A stretch of 64,000 nucleotides of DNA, from contig DATFCQ010000051.1 in NCBI GenBank assembly GCA_035252905.1, forward strand, positions 317-64,316. The letters run 5' to 3'. Under the pieces are notes generated by a model, which ran no database searches, was not told where the DNA came from, and saw nothing but the letters and a program-made list of their open reading frames with translations. The translations under genes were made by a program, and so were the position numbers. The stretch is from Stellaceae bacterium (GTDB taxonomy: Bacteria; Pseudomonadota; Alphaproteobacteria; ATCC43930; CGMCC-115725). This document shows, piece by piece, positions 61,773 to 64,000 of the stretch (position 1 is the first letter of the stretch; the number at the start of each line of letters is the position of its first letter).

Positions 61773-62288
61773 TCAGTCAGTCAACTCGCGTACCATCTCG
61801 AACTCGGTGAGGGTGGGATCGTGCGCGACGCTTCTTGTAGCGCCGGTCGGCTGAAAACCGCATCGGCGATAGAGCGCGATGGCAGCATCATTATTGGATG
61901 TGACCCAGAGAGCGAGACAAGCCGCTCGACGCGCCCGAGCCCAGGCGACGACGCTCTCGACCAGCGCGAAGCCAATGCCGAACCGGCGCGCCGTGCCGTC
62001 AACAAACATGCCGACCAGTGTTGGCCTTGATGTCCACGAGTGGTCCGGGGCTTCGGCGAGCCCGGTCGCCATGCCCACCCATCGCTCGTCCCTTTCGGCA
62101 ATGAATGTCACACGATCACCACCCGCCGCCCCACCGGCGGCTCTCTCATGCCAGACGTGCTCAGGGAACGCCTCCTCGCGGGCGAGTGTGGATCCGAAAG
62201 CTGTAGGGGCGTCCGCGAGGGCGTGAAGTCGCAGCGCTCGTAACCGAAGCCCCTCGTCAGGACGTATTTCCCGGATTTTCAAGCTCAT
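61773..62288 (-). CDS. GNAT family N-acetyltransferase
   Basis: Within ORF 61773..62417; ATG 62288. MSLKIREIRPDEG...RRFGIGFALVESVVAWAR (acetyl-CoA motif A)...NNDAAIALYRRCGF. Confidence 0.85.
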   Translation of the reverse strand: MSLKIREIRPDEGLRLRALRLHALADAPTAFGSTLAREEAFPEHVWHERAAGGAAGGDRVTFIAERDERWVGMATGLAEAPDHSWTSRPTLVGMFVDGTARRFGIGFALVESVVAWARARRAACLALWVTSNNDAAIALYRRCGFQPTGATRSVAHDPTLTEFEMVRELTD

Positions 62289-62810
62289 GGGCCTGTACAG
62301 TCCTCTCACCGATGGCGCGCTTCGATTGTGCGGATCACCGGGTCCATATATTGGCGCAATGCTCGGCCGAAAGAAGAGTCCTGTGCAATCGCTCCGATGC
62401 CGCATTGAGCCATGCACCGAAGCTATCTCGGGCCCATCTGCACGAGCGCATCAGGAGGACCTTCACCGCCTGGGCGCACGGCAGCAACGGCCGCTTCGGG
62501 GCAGGAAAAGCCGTTCAAGATGCGAAGGAAGAACGGCAAGGGAGAGTCACGAACAGACCTTCAGAATTTGGTCCGAATTCGTTGAGTGAGTACCGATGTC
62601 CCTGTGCAGAAACCAAAGTCCTGCATAACGTTTCCTTGCTGCTGCCTTGCAGCAGAGATTGCCATCCTCACTCCTTTCGCTCAATTCCGCCAATCTCAAG
62701 GGCGCTCAGACAATGCTCATATTCTCTCTTTTGGCGTTCATTCCGGTCGCGTTTCCCGAGCTTTGGCCACACGCGCAGGCTTCTCTGCGGTGAGAAGACG
62801 GGCGGCCCTC

Positions 62811-62975
62811 TCATCTCGTCCGGCTGCCTGTCAGTGCGCCGGGCTCAAGTGCAACATCGTGGAACGACGGCGGATGTCCGCCGAACCAACCCAAGAGATC
62901 GGCACCGCCCGGTATTTCGCTGAGCACCTCTAATCGGACCGCGATATCCCTCGCGTTGGATATTGTACGATCCAT
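62811..62975 (-). CDS. small ORF (54 aa), possibly the truncated head of a decayed gene
   Basis: Not in the track (under 60 aa). ATG 62975 has GGAGGC 5 nt upstream. MDRTISNARDIAVRLEVLSEIPGGADLLGWFGGHPPSFHDVALEPGALTGSRTR. The 'PSFHD' block vaguely recalls Imm50-type immunity proteins, and frame-shifted continuations exist downstream. Confidence 0.3.
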   Translation of the reverse strand: MDRTISNARDIAVRLEVLSEIPGGADLLGWFGGHPPSFHDVALEPGALTGSRTR

Positions 62976-63330
62976 GTCAAGCCTCCACAAAGGTCGTGGG
63001 AGCGAAAATAACTGGGCGCCATCAACAGAACCTTTGAGGAGGCTTCCGCTTCCCGGATCGAGACCACTGCCTCAGCGACATCGAGCCGCTAGTCAGTCGC
63101 TTTGGCACGCCGCTCCGTCTCATCGATGCGGGTTCGCCCCGATGATTGCGGGTTGAGCGCAAATAATGAGTCCGGCTCAATCCCTCTCGCCCCCTATCTT
63201 CACCCACCGCTCGCGAGCGATAATGCGGCTCTGCTTGCCATCGAGATTGCGGTTGTGACGCCCATCATCCGCGAATCGACCGCGTTATACCAAATCTTGA
63301 TGAAGACAACCCTTATAACTGGAAATCGTC

Positions 63331-63424
63331 ATGCCCGGCCTTGTGCCGGGCATCCACGCCTTTGCTATAGCCTCCGGCGTCTATTTCAGGCACGTGGATG
63401 GCCGGGTCAAGCCCAGCCATGACG
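63331..63424. repeat. dispersed intergenic element (ATGCCCGGCCTTGTGCCGGGCATCC ... GGCCGGGTCAAGCCCAGCCATGACG type)
   Basis: GCCCGGC-CTTGT-GCCGGGC hairpin plus the GTCAAGCCC(A/G)GCCATGACG tail. I recognise this as a common Bradyrhizobiaceae-type short repeat (recollection, not searched). Confidence 0.55.
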
Positions 63425-63548
63425 TCTCTAATTGATTTAAGGGTTCTACTCATCGGGATCTGGTATTAGACGGCAAACCCCGACCCAGCGCTTTGACATG
63501 ATCGGTCCAGAAGACCGCAGTATGCGGCGGCCGATGATCCGCTGAACT

Positions 63549-64000
63549 TCACCCCTCGGCGGGTATCGGTGTCATCTTCGCTCTTTCCAGCCACTCCGCG
63601 GCCGCCGTGTGATCGTCGATCCCGTCATGTCGCCCGAGCAAGATAGCTTCGTCGAGAATGGCGACGGCCATTTCCCAGATTTTTCGGTCCATGTCCGGGC
63701 CGAGCTTGTTCCGGAACGAACGGGCGGCAGCTTTAGCCGCAGCGGCGCAGGGAGAGCCAATCCGAAAGTCTCGATACAAGCAACGGCGGCTAGCATGCAG
63801 AACCTCTCTCGCACACTCCAGGGGCAGCACGGCCCTTGCCTTCGCCATCACCGATGAAACCTGGCGCAGAGATCGCACCGTACGGCATTTCGCTGCGACT
63901 GCCGGCTTGTGCCAGACCTCCTCATACTCGGCCGCAACAATGCGGCGAGTGGTTTCGATGACGATGAATTCGGCACGCTCCGCCTCAATCCAGGGGGAAT
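63549..64000 (-). CDS. hypothetical protein (partial; N-terminus beyond window end)
   Basis: ORF 63549..63878 extends in frame to the window edge when reverse-translated (..SPWIEAERAEFIVIETTRRIVAAEYEEVWHKPAVAAKCRTVRSLRQVSSVMAKARAV...). I recognise no family. Confidence 0.5.
   Translation of the reverse strand, partial: SPWIEAERAEFIVIETTRRIVAAEYEEVWHKPAVAAKCRTVRSLRQVSSVMAKARAVLPLECAREVLHASRRCLYRDFRIGSPCAAAAKAAARSFRNKLGPDMDRKIWEMAVAILDEAILLGRHDGIDDHTAAAEWLERAKMTPIPAEG

Noticed and set aside
62312-62923. 203-aa plus-strand ORF in the low-GC region
   Set aside because: The translation is Arg/Ser/Cys/His-rich with no motifs and poor GC3 bias. The opposite strand carries SD-preceded fragments that look more like decayed coding sequence.

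Overview
This is a high-GC chromosomal segment (about 66-68% by eye). It most likely comes from an alphaproteobacterium of the Rhizobiales/Bradyrhizobiaceae type; that is an inference from GC content, gene content and the intergenic palindromic repeat families, not a database result. I can support about 58 densely packed protein-coding genes, mostly accessory or catabolic metabolism. They include a qNOR-type nitric-oxide reductase, a paired acyl-CoA dehydrogenase, and five family-III (CaiB/BaiF) CoA-transferase genes, one of which is a two-domain fusion. There are also an HMG-CoA-lyase-like gene, several amidohydrolases, two amidase genes each preceded by a GatC/AtzG-like mini-ORF, four VOC/glyoxalase genes, three LLM flavin oxidoreductases, cytochrome c' plus a dihaem cytochrome c, and an EmrAB-like efflux pair. 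asnS is the only clear housekeeping gene. I found no rRNA, tRNA, CRISPR array, transposase or integrase, and no dedicated transcription-factor gene. Six things stand out. (1) An orphan two-gene cassette at 30010-31766 pairs a small basic protein with a 437-aa protein ending in an ImmA/IrrE-like domain that has lost its HEXXH motif; this is my best candidate for an undescribed toxin-antitoxin or defence-type module. (2) A DsrE/TusD-family gene carries an in-frame TGA exactly where the family has its active-site Cys, making it a candidate selenoprotein; a nonsense pseudogene is the alternative. (3) The neighbouring AhpD-like gene is frameshifted. (4) There is a Rosetta-stone relationship between a fused two-domain CoA-transferase and a translationally coupled split gene pair. 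(5) A strongly low-GC single-gene islet encodes a DUF262/DUF1524 (GmrSD-like) nuclease close to a PrlF/YhaV toxin-antitoxin pair. (6) A REP-like palindromic repeat family is present in six copies, plus other nested palindromes. All functional calls come from motif and family recognition by eye on the supplied translations; no searches were run.
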